23,364 nucleotides of DNA, taken from Candidatus Electronema aureum (GTDB lineage: Bacteria; Desulfobacterota; Desulfobulbia; Desulfobulbales; Desulfobulbaceae). Below, piece after piece: positions 13,897 to 20,978 of the stretch (its first letter is position 1; each line of letters opens with the position of its first letter). The position numbers and the translations under genes are program-made. The notes under the pieces are model-generated. The model did not search any database and was not told the origin of the DNA. It saw only the letters and a program-made list of their open reading frames with translations. The stretch is taken from NCBI GenBank assembly GCA_004284765.1, contig NQJD01000037.1, forward strand, positions 1-23,364, in the 5' to 3' direction.

Positions 13897-16081
13897 TTTT
13901 GTACTCACCCATCTCTTCGTCCGCAGGCTGAATCGATAACACCTGTCCCTGCACGTTTAGCTCTGGCGGACTTCCAACCACCGGGATAGTGATCTGCATA
14001 TTCCGGCCCAAAAGGACGCGGATATGCTTCTGTTGGGCCATGCGGAAGACCATCGACAGGCCGCCTCGTGACACATCGAACAGTCTGCCCTTGAATTTCT
14101 GACCGAGCGGTTTCCCCGGCGTGTCAATGACTTGGAAATCCACCTTACGGGACAGGGTATAACGATCAAACGTTCGGCGATTGAGACCCTTGCGTTGAAG
14201 CAGATCGCGGATATTGTTGGTGCTGTTATAAAAATTCCGCAGTTTTTCTTCCAAGCCAGGATACGCTTCCTTCCAACGCTCAAAACAAGAACGCTTGAGG
14301 ATAGAAATCCGGCTTTCCGTAACCGCGCTCATGCTCACCGTCCAGACTGAGGTGCTGAAAAAATTCTCTCCGGCTAAGTCGCCGTCGCTGAGGCTTTTAA
14401 TGTAGATTTTTCGGTCGTTCTTTTTATAGAAAACCCGGATGGTGCCGTGATTGACGAAGAACAGCTCATCGTTGCGCTCGCCTTGCCGGACAAGAATTTC
14501 CTCTGGCTCTAAGACGCGGTTCTCTAACTCGTGGTAGATAGCACTGAATTCCTCAGAAGTCAGTTCGTGGAGCAAATTTGACCAGATATCTAAATAGCCG
14601 CGTACCTGTACTCCGCTTTTTGCCTCTTGAATCAGCTCTGCTGATTGGATGATTTCGGCGATGGCGTTAGGATTGATCTCGCTGAATCGATCGCGCAACC
14701 GTTCGGCATTGAACAGATCACCCTCTTGCACACATTCGGCAATCAGCTCAAAAAGCTGCCGAGCAGCTGTTGCTCGGTCGCCAGACATAGCGGTGCGGAT
14801 AATCCCTGCCTCTCGCGCAGCAAAAGGGTTATTCTGCGTGGGGACATCCGGCGAGGGAACACCGGGACGTTTGTGCTTACCGCCGTGGCTGATGATCTGG
14901 ATAGCCTGCTCCGCCGCCCGCAGAAGCTGCTGTTCTGCTGGCCCACCGGCTGTGCCGGAATTGGCCGCAATGACCTTTTTGAGCGTGGGCACAGCTTTGA
15001 CCGAGCCAATTTTACCCAAAGTCTGGCAGACCGCAGCCTGAAGGTTTAACCCAGCCTTATTCTTGATCAAAGCAGCTTCGTCGAGCAGATCGGCAAGCGG
15101 TGCCACCAAGCTGCTGTCGGGGATGTCACCGAGCAAGGAAACCACCAACTCGGTCAGTTGCTTAGGTACCGTCTTGAGTGCCTTGAGGAAAAAATCTTTT
15201 TTACTCGGTGCCTCGATCCGACTGGCAGCACGCAATACCTCGCCCTTAACCCGCAAATCTTCATGATCAAGAAAGGGAGTTATCTCGGCAAAGCAGATAA
15301 TGCTACCTTTTTCGCCCAACAGCCGAATGATATTGCGAATCAGGTACCAGTCCGCTGTCTGACGCAGCAACATGCAGAGGCTCTTTTCCGCAGGCTGACC
15401 GATTTCACCAAAGAGCCGGAGCAGGGCATCTGCCTTGTCTTGGCACTGCTTGAGATTCTGCGGTTCTAAAAGGAATTCTGCTGCTGATGTACCGAAAACC
15501 GCAAACAAGCGTCCGGCATCATTGCCTCTTTCTTTATCAAAAAGATATTCAACGAGAAGCAGCTCCAGCAAAGGCCGAGTGGCTAAGTCGCTGATCAGCT
15601 GCTCGACGCGCTCGTGGATTTTATCAGCTGAGGCAGGCAGTGCGTTCGGGGCGGCAAAGGTAAGCAACGCGCGGCGGGCCGAGGCGTATTTGCCCATTTC
15701 AATCTGATACGCGGCAAAGGTTGACAGAGCGGTGATCATCTGCCACGCTCCGACCTCATTTTCTACCGCTGCCGCCAGCGCAATTTCTGCCGCAGGGAGC
15801 AGCTTGTCCATCCGCTGCCATTCCTGATGGGCGATGAGCAGCTCCAAAGCGTCGGTCAGATAGCAAGCCGCCTTCAGCCGCATTCGGGGATTGCCCACCT
15901 GCACCCCAGCTGCCAGCTGCTCCAGCATAATATCGACTTGGCGGTTATTCTTTTCCGTCAACAGAGTACAGAGGGTTTCCGGCAAGGTTATGCCGCCTTT
16001 GTCCTCCTCAATCTGCTGTTCGGGAATGTTTTTTAGTTCTGAATCCGCCGCAGAAGCTGTTGTTTGTCGAATGGCGTTCAT
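13838..16081 (-). CDS. HEAT-like helical repeat protein with a cNMP-binding-like domain and a C-terminal PilZ domain (probable c-di-GMP receptor)
   Basis: Residues ~230-370 are HEAT-like (WYLIRNIIRLLGEKGS ... DLRVKGEVLRAA ... AVCQTLGKIGSVKAVPTLKKVI). The cNMP-like barrel spans ~498-612 (ILVRQGERNDELFFVNHGTIRVFY...GDLAGENFF). PilZ spans ~633-735 with RRTFDR (RxxxR) and DVSRGG (DxSxxG). Confidence 0.8.
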   Translation of the reverse strand: MNAIRQTTASAADSELKNIPEQQIEEDKGGITLPETLCTLLTEKNNRQVDIMLEQLAAGVQVGNPRMRLKAACYLTDALELLIAHQEWQRMDKLLPAAEIALAAAVENEVGAWQMITALSTFAAYQIEMGKYASARRALLTFAAPNALPASADKIHERVEQLISDLATRPLLELLLVEYLFDKERGNDAGRLFAVFGTSAAEFLLEPQNLKQCQDKADALLRLFGEIGQPAEKSLCMLLRQTADWYLIRNIIRLLGEKGSIICFAEITPFLDHEDLRVKGEVLRAASRIEAPSKKDFFLKALKTVPKQLTELVVSLLGDIPDSSLVAPLADLLDEAALIKNKAGLNLQAAVCQTLGKIGSVKAVPTLKKVIAANSGTAGGPAEQQLLRAAEQAIQIISHGGKHKRPGVPSPDVPTQNNPFAAREAGIIRTAMSGDRATAARQLFELIAECVQEGDLFNAERLRDRFSEINPNAIAEIIQSAELIQEAKSGVQVRGYLDIWSNLLHELTSEEFSAIYHELENRVLEPEEILVRQGERNDELFFVNHGTIRVFYKKNDRKIYIKSLSDGDLAGENFFSTSVWTVSMSAVTESRISILKRSCFERWKEAYPGLEEKLRNFYNSTNNIRDLLQRKGLNRRTFDRYTLSRKVDFQVIDTPGKPLGQKFKGRLFDVSRGGLSMVFRMAQQKHIRVLLGRNMQITIPVVGSPPELNVQGQVLSIQPADEEMGEYKISLVFGDALEQEELQTVLG

Positions 16082-16229
16082 AGGGCTGTATCGGTTAATG
16101 AGGATTCACCGCTCTGACCGCAGTCTTGAGCCTGAAGAGCTGCTCTGCTACCACAACTGTCTGGCTACGGAAAAGCAGAGCCTTCTTCAGAAGATAACAT
16201 TATTTTCCTCAAAAAGACAACCACGTTTT

Positions 16230-16823
16230 TTACGACAGAGATGCAATAAGACCACGCCGCAGGAGCAGCGCAACGCAGGAACTGAGCGGTAGGCCGATTA
16301 CGTTGGAGCAAGAACCTTGGATGCTGCTGACTAAAAACGCGCCAACCGCCTGAATGCCGTAGGCTCCGGCCTTATCTAACGGTTCACCGGTGCGGATGTA
16401 AGCAGCCAACACTGCATCAGAAAAATCAGCAAAGGTAACTTCGCTGGTTTCAGTCAAGGTTTCAACGCAGTGTTCCTGCTGACAGACCACGGCTAACCCA
16501 GTGATGACTTGATGCGTCTTGCCCCGCAAAGTCCGCAGAATGTCCAAAGCATGGGCGGCATCGGTCGGTTTACCAATGATCTGGCCGTCTAACGTAACCA
16601 CGGTATCCGCACCGATCACCCAACTTGCTGGGTGCTGGTTGGCAATAATTTCGGCTTTTTCTACGGCCATGCGCCGAGCAAAGACAGCGGGCTGCTCGTC
16701 GGGGAGTGGGGTTTCTTCGATGTCAGCAGGCAGACAGGTGAAATTCAGGCCGAGATCATGGAGAAATTGGTACCGCCGGGGCGAGGCCGAGGCAAGAATC
16801 AGGGGCTTACAGGTGGTGAACAT
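16230..16823 (-). CDS. maf: Maf-like nucleoside triphosphate pyrophosphatase (septum formation protein Maf)
   Basis: LILASASPRR, VIGADTVV, GKP, DKAGAYGIQ and NVIGLP are Maf family motifs. I prefer the start at ATG 16823 (MFTTCKPLILAS). The track's 16886 start adds 21 non-conserved residues. Confidence 0.85.
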   Translation of the reverse strand: MFTTCKPLILASASPRRYQFLHDLGLNFTCLPADIEETPLPDEQPAVFARRMAVEKAEIIANQHPASWVIGADTVVTLDGQIIGKPTDAAHALDILRTLRGKTHQVITGLAVVCQQEHCVETLTETSEVTFADFSDAVLAAYIRTGEPLDKAGAYGIQAVGAFLVSSIQGSCSNVIGLPLSSCVALLLRRGLIASLS

Positions 16824-16984
16824 GGAAGATGATTTATGTACAAGAAATGTTGTGATGAAGATCGCTGGCAACCTGCTGCTGATCAAGAGGGCGAAGAGAA
16901 ACTGCTTGCGCTTTACCCCTGATTATGGCACCGTAACCTGAGGCGATATATCTGCGGTACAACAGAAAGAAGGTCATCTTTTTT

Positions 16985-18043
16985 ATGAAAGTCTGTCCAA
17001 AATGCAAACGAAGAAGCAATGATGAGCAGTGCGATGCCTGCAAGATTGTCTTTGCTGAATACGAGCAGCAAAAGCAAGAACAGACCTCGCAGGTCTATAA
17101 GCTGATCAGCGCGGGCGAGTTAGAAAAGGCCAAAGAGTTGGCGCAGGCACTCTCCAATGAGTTTCCTGACAGCAAAGGCGATTTCATCCTGCTGATCTCT
17201 AACATCAACCGCGACCTCAACATTGCGGGCAAATACAGGCAGGCGCAGGAATTATTCAACAAGGGTGAGTACAGCGAAACCATCCTGCTGCTGCGCAACA
17301 TCAAAGCCTTTGATCCAGGACTGTCAGAAAAGGTAATTGCCCTGCGCCGTCGTGCCGAGCGATACATTGGCAACAGCAGCAAAGTTGAGCAAGCCGTGGC
17401 TTTATTTGAGCAAAAGCAGTACGGTGCTGCTCGGACGTTATTCCAGCAGCTCAGTAGTGACAATAAGCATAAAAATGAGGTTATAAACTACCTGAGTAAG
17501 ATTGATGCGATCAAGAATGGTCGCTTGCGAGAGATCGCTGATTGTCTTGACCGCAGTCTGTTTATTGCTGTTCGCGATAAATTAGAGGGTCTGATGAGTC
17601 TTTTCCCAGAGGCGGAACAGGAACAAGCTCCGCTCTTTGCTCTCTTAGCAAAACGGAAGGAAATTAGCACCAAGCTCATTGCTGCTGCCCACAAAGCCAA
17701 GGAAGAAAAACGCTACGTCGAGGCCAAGGTACTCTACTCTTTTCTCATCTGGCAAGATCAGGAACTCAGCCCAGCTCTGCTGCCCTATCTGGAAGAAATC
17801 AAGAGCCGCGCAGTGGTCAGCTTGGCAGACTGCGCTGAGGACGAGTTGGTCGCTTTAGCAGAATTAGGCATTGTGGTAGATGAGCAAGGTATTCCTCGAC
17901 CCGTGCCACTGGAAAAGGAAAGCGTTCTGGCAGGCGAGCAGTTAGCGAACATTGCTCCAGTGCTGACCAGCCCAGCATCCTCCGTTGATTTTGCCAGCAT
18001 ATCAGTGAATATCGATGGCGAAGAAGTGGCAGACTTCGCCTAA
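16985..18043 (+). CDS. Hypothetical protein: N-terminal zinc ribbon (CPKC ... CDAC) plus long helical/TPR-like region
   Basis: MKVCPKCKRRSNDEQCDACK is followed by about 320 aa of helix-rich, TPR-like sequence. I recognised no family. Confidence 0.6.
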   Translation: MKVCPKCKRRSNDEQCDACKIVFAEYEQQKQEQTSQVYKLISAGELEKAKELAQALSNEFPDSKGDFILLISNINRDLNIAGKYRQAQELFNKGEYSETILLLRNIKAFDPGLSEKVIALRRRAERYIGNSSKVEQAVALFEQKQYGAARTLFQQLSSDNKHKNEVINYLSKIDAIKNGRLREIADCLDRSLFIAVRDKLEGLMSLFPEAEQEQAPLFALLAKRKEISTKLIAAAHKAKEEKRYVEAKVLYSFLIWQDQELSPALLPYLEEIKSRAVVSLADCAEDELVALAELGIVVDEQGIPRPVPLEKESVLAGEQLANIAPVLTSPASSVDFASISVNIDGEEVADFA

Positions 18044-18055
18044 AGCCGCAGTGAC

Positions 18056-19696
18056 TTAGTCGTCATAGTCATCCTCGTCGTCTCCTCCGACCAAATTGGC
18101 GGCATCTTCTATGTCGCCTCCTATCATGTCGAAGAAGTCTTTGTCCTTGTCGTCTTCTTTCTTCTCAGGTGGGCCAGAGCCGCTGTATTTGTCATTGACC
18201 CACCAGCCCTGCTTACTTTGCCCGTTGGCAACGGTCAACACGCCTTTACCGTGCCGCTTATCCTCCTGCCAGCTTCCCGTATAGGTGTCACCGTCAGGAT
18301 CGGTACACGCTCCCTCACCGTGCCGCTGATTGTTCTGCCATTTTCCTTTATAAACTGAGCCGTCTGGGTAGGTGTACGTGCCGTGGCCGTTCTGCATATT
18401 GTCCCGCCACGTGCCAGAATACTTACCGCCGTCAGGATAAACACAGGTGCCTTGACCGTGCTTCTTGTCTTCCCACCATTCACCTTTATAAACAGTGCCG
18501 TTGGGAAAGGAGAGCGTGCCTTCGCCGTGCATGTAGCCGCCTTTCCAGTCGCCTTCGTAAACGGTGCCGTCTGGCAGGGAGAGCGTGCCAGAGCCTTCCA
18601 TCATCCCGTGCAACCACTGACCTGCATAGACATTGCCAGAGAGAAACGTGAAAACCCCTGAGCCGTGCCGCTGACTGCGCTGATAAAGGCCGTCGTAGCG
18701 TTCTCCGTCCGCAGAGACATAAACCCCGCGACCGTGCATGTAATCGTCTCGCCATTCGCCGGTGTATTTGCTGCCCGCTGAAGCGGTATAGGAACCAGAG
18801 CCGTGCTTGCGGCCATACACCCATTCACCCACGTAGCGATCACCGTTGGCATGAGTGTAAATACCATAACCCTGCCGCTGATCTTTAACCCATTCTCCAG
18901 CGTATTGATCACCTTCTGGGTAAAGATACGTGCCTTTACCGTGCCGCAGATTATCTCGCCATTCGCCTTCGTATTTTGAGCCATCAGGATACGTACACGT
19001 TCCTTGGCCGTGTTTCTTATTCGCCTTCCAAGAACCGATGTAACTGCTGCCATCGGTATAGGTGTACGTACCCCAGCCGCTGCGCCCGTCGTGTTCCCAT
19101 TTGCCGATGTACTTAGAACCGTCCGGGCTGCTGCATACTCCGTGTCCGTGCCGATGGTTGTTCTCAAATGCACCGAAATACTTGCTGCCGTCTGGAAAGA
19201 AAACCGTGCCTTGGCCGTGACGAGCATCATCTTTCCAACTGCCGACGTATTTGGTGCTGTTGCGTAAGATCAAAACACCTTGGCCGTGCTTTCTGTTCTC
19301 CCACCATTCACCGTCATATTTGGAGCCATCCGGGCAAATCAGGGTACCGTGTCCGTGCCGCAACCCGTTCTTCCAGTCGCCGCTATAAACCGCGCCGTCC
19401 ATGCTATTCTGAATACCGTGGCCGTGCCGCTCGTCATCTAACCATTCGCCGTTGTACTTGCCAGAGCATTCTAAGCAGCCTTTACCGTTCCTTTTTCCTT
19501 CGGTCCAGTAGCCGGTATAGCTGCTCCCGTTGGTATCAATGTACGTACCTTCGCCGTGCCGAGAGTCATGCTGCCATTCTCCTTCGTACTGGCTGCCATC
19601 GGGATAGATGCATAAACCGTGTCCATGCCGCTTGCCGTCTTCTGACAGTTCCCCAATGTATTTTTCTTTGCTGGTGTAGGTTATTTCTTGTGTCAT
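18056..19696 (-). CDS. MORN-repeat protein (about 22 consecutive repeats) with an acidic C-terminal tail
   Basis: I counted 21 full repeats plus 1 partial repeat of the 23-aa unit Y.G.W..d.rHG.G....pdGs. across residues 13-508. The tail is PPEKKEDDKDKDFFDMIGGDIEDAANLVGGDDEDDYDD. There is no signal peptide or TM segment. Confidence 0.9.
   Translation of the reverse strand: MTQEITYTSKEKYIGELSEDGKRHGHGLCIYPDGSQYEGEWQHDSRHGEGTYIDTNGSSYTGYWTEGKRNGKGCLECSGKYNGEWLDDERHGHGIQNSMDGAVYSGDWKNGLRHGHGTLICPDGSKYDGEWWENRKHGQGVLILRNSTKYVGSWKDDARHGQGTVFFPDGSKYFGAFENNHRHGHGVCSSPDGSKYIGKWEHDGRSGWGTYTYTDGSSYIGSWKANKKHGQGTCTYPDGSKYEGEWRDNLRHGKGTYLYPEGDQYAGEWVKDQRQGYGIYTHANGDRYVGEWVYGRKHGSGSYTASAGSKYTGEWRDDYMHGRGVYVSADGERYDGLYQRSQRHGSGVFTFLSGNVYAGQWLHGMMEGSGTLSLPDGTVYEGDWKGGYMHGEGTLSFPNGTVYKGEWWEDKKHGQGTCVYPDGGKYSGTWRDNMQNGHGTYTYPDGSVYKGKWQNNQRHGEGACTDPDGDTYTGSWQEDKRHGKGVLTVANGQSKQGWWVNDKYSGSGPPEKKEDDKDKDFFDMIGGDIEDAANLVGGDDEDDYDD
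18173..19660 (-). repeat. 69-bp-period coding tandem array (the MORN repeats)
   Basis: The repeats run uninterrupted from residue 13 to 508 of the 546-aa ORF. Protein-level periodicity is 23 aa, with single units of 24 and 21 aa. Confidence 0.85.
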
Positions 19697-20028
19697 TGCA
19701 AGGGAACCATTCTTCTTTACGTTTTTCTATAGGAAGGCCGCTGAGAGGGAGATTCAGCTAATGTGCTGCCTAAGATTTTCAGTAACTGCTCTCTGTGGAT
19801 TTAGCCGCACCTTGGGTAGGTTGTCAAGGTTTGAATGCAGCAAGGTTCTAACCTGCAACAATGCGGCAGCCTCGAATCTCATTCACTCGAATGAAAGCAT
19901 CTCACCCGCATGAGTGAGACGCTTTATGGGGGAGGATGTTGATGCGCTGGTCAATTTGGGCAATTTCTTGCCTGCCGCCGCATTTTCTTGACAAAACCCG
20001 CCTAGCTTTTTAGTCTGGCGGCTGACAC

Positions 20029-20074
20029 ATAGATGAGCAGATAGATAGGGCCTTTTCCTCGTATATTTTTCTTG
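20029..20074. repeat. Copy A of an imperfect ~45-bp direct repeat (partner at 20763-20810)
   Basis: Copy A reads atagatgagcagatagatagggccttttcctcgtatatttttcttg. It shares with copy B an identical 17-mer tttcctcgtatattttt (20054-20070 / 20789-20805) and a 9-mer atgagcaga (20033-20041 / 20767-20775). By hand alignment, about 36 of 43 columns match. Confidence 0.8.
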
Positions 20075-20154
20075 CATACAAACAAGCGAGGAGCAGGATA
20101 TAACAAAAGTTATCTGCTCAAAAGTCAACCAATCCTATTCCCAGAGAGAAACAA

Positions 20155-20412
20155 ATGCCCACCGTTCTTCTGTTGTCCGGCTGGAGGCTCTTTTTTTATG
20201 CAGGCGAAGGGAACGAGCCTATTCATATTCATTGCCGGAAAGGTGACATGGATTGCAAATACTGGCTGCACCCGGAGGAATTTGAGATTTCAGAAGCCTA
20301 CATGTACAACATGAACAGCGCGGCCAAGCGTGAGATCAGGAAGATCATCTTTGATCATTTTGAATCTATTGAAAAGGCATGGGATGATTTTCAGCAGAGG
20401 AAATCGGCATGA
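20155..20412 (+). CDS. DUF4160-family small protein
   Basis: MPTVLLLSGWRLFFYAGEGNEPIHIHCRKGDMDCKYWL fits the DUF4160 N-terminal pattern (MPtI..f.G..i.iy..eh.PPHfH....g.ea.f.i). It is 85 aa and has a 4-nt overlap with the next gene. Confidence 0.8.
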   Translation: MPTVLLLSGWRLFFYAGEGNEPIHIHCRKGDMDCKYWLHPEEFEISEAYMYNMNSAAKREIRKIIFDHFESIEKAWDDFQQRKSA

Positions 20413-20690
20413 AGAAATTGCACGAGATAGGATTGCTCAAGTTTGCAGATGGATTGCTTGACATTGAGATTGACGGCAGAATGAAGACGTTCCGTCTGGA
20501 AACTGTCTCGCCCCTGCTGGCGAATGCCTCGGAGCTGGAGCGAATGACCTATGACATATCGCCGTCCGGCTACGGCATTCATTGGCCGCTTTTGGATGAG
20601 GACATCTCGATTGACAGCCTGCTGGGAATAGTCCACCGGCCTGAGCGGGACGCTGCCGAGGCTGGAATGATGGGCGAGGCGTTGCGGTGA
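20409..20690 (+). CDS. DUF2442-family small protein
   Basis: LLDIEIDGRMKTFRLETVSPLLANASELERMTYDISPSGYGIHWPLLDEDISIDSLL fits the DUF2442 pattern (..dG......l...P.L..At..e......i...G.gi.Wp.lDeDls...Ll). It forms the usual two-gene pair with DUF4160. Confidence 0.8.
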   Translation: MKKLHEIGLLKFADGLLDIEIDGRMKTFRLETVSPLLANASELERMTYDISPSGYGIHWPLLDEDISIDSLLGIVHRPERDAAEAGMMGEALR

Positions 20691-20702
20691 ATGCTCCCGA
20701 AG

Positions 20703-20856
20703 GACGAGAAAGTCCAAAAAATAGATCTCCTCATCCCCCGCGCCTATCTTTTAATAGGAAAAATATATGAGCAGACAGGCGCGGCCTATTTCCTCGTATA
20801 TTTTTTTGATGAGAAAATAGGAAAAATAGATGAGAAAGTCTAAAAAATATACTTCC
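20703..20856. repeat. AT-rich cluster of short direct repeats (iteron-like words)
   Basis: A 28-mer gacgagaaagtccaaaaaatagatctcc (20703-20730) recurs as gatgagaaagtctaaaaaatatacttcc (20829-20856), 23/28 identical. A 19-mer aataggaaaaatatatgag (20753-20771) recurs as aataggaaaaatagatgag (20816-20834), 18/19 identical. The word GA[T/C]GAG[A/C]A recurs at 20032, 20703, 20808 and 20829, with TATGAGCA at 20766. Confidence 0.75.
20763..20810. repeat. Copy B of the imperfect ~45-bp direct repeat (partner at 20029-20074)
   Basis: Copy B reads atatatgagcagacaggcgcggcctatttcctcgtatatttttttgat. See copy A for the alignment. The identical cores are 735 bp apart. Confidence 0.8.
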
Positions 20857-20978
20857 AGGTAGAAGAAATATACCTTTTGCCAGCAGGCGGGTGCAAGGCC
20901 ATGCCCGCCGTGTGATAGCCGATGCCCGCGCAGGGGCAATTTGTGAAACGCCTATGCCACCCAACTAAACAGCTTGCT

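Noticed and set aside
16082-16229. An imperfect long hairpin (gaaga..ctctgc / gcagag..tcttc) between maf and the PilZ-protein gene. It might be a maf terminator or a c-di-GMP riboswitch in the 5' leader.
   Set aside because: No U-tract follows the stem on the minus strand. The loop is about 26 nt, and I recognise none of the GEMM/c-di-GMP riboswitch consensus. It is left unannotated.
16824-16886. Upstream extensions of track ORFs: maf from 16886, the ferritin-like gene from 2422, the GTPase ORF from 20922, and the secreted protein from 23208.
   Set aside because: In each case an internal ATG fits better. It either aligns with the conserved family N-terminus (maf LILASASPRR) or is preceded by a good Shine-Dalgarno site (ferritin-like AGGAGA, secreted protein AGGAGAA). 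The extensions add non-conserved residues.
18601-19761. Alternative-frame and antisense ORFs (18601-19230 minus strand, 19168-19761 plus strand, and smaller ones) within the MORN gene.
   Set aside because: The repetitive MORN coding sequence keeps other frames open by periodicity. Only the 18056-19696 frame gives the canonical Y.G.W...HG.G repeat.
19836-19857. tgcagcaaggttctaacctgca: GGTTCTAACC resembles a tRNA T-arm (GGTTCGAATCC), which might mark a tRNA gene or a tRNA-derived attachment-site remnant.
   Set aside because: I could not build an acceptor stem, D-arm or anticodon arm around it, and the stem is only 4-5 bp. There is not enough evidence to call a tRNA or an att site.
19871-19919. 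Two adjacent small hairpins (tcattc/gaatga at 19879-19894; tctcac/gtgaga at 19900-19919) plus a duplicated ctcgaat, in the 458-bp intergenic region. These might indicate an sRNA or attenuator.
   Set aside because: The stems are only 6 bp, there is no flanking U-tract or recognisable riboswitch consensus, and the strand is unknown. I cannot distinguish this from chance by eye. An Rfam/covariance-model scan would decide.
20703-20856. Possible CRISPR array or integron attC sites in the repeat-rich AT-rich region.
   Set aside because: The repeats are of different kinds and irregularly spaced, and they are not separated by unique spacers of uniform length. I found no RYYYAAC/GTTRRRY core pair flanking the DUF4160/DUF2442 cassette, and there is no integrase or cas gene in the window.
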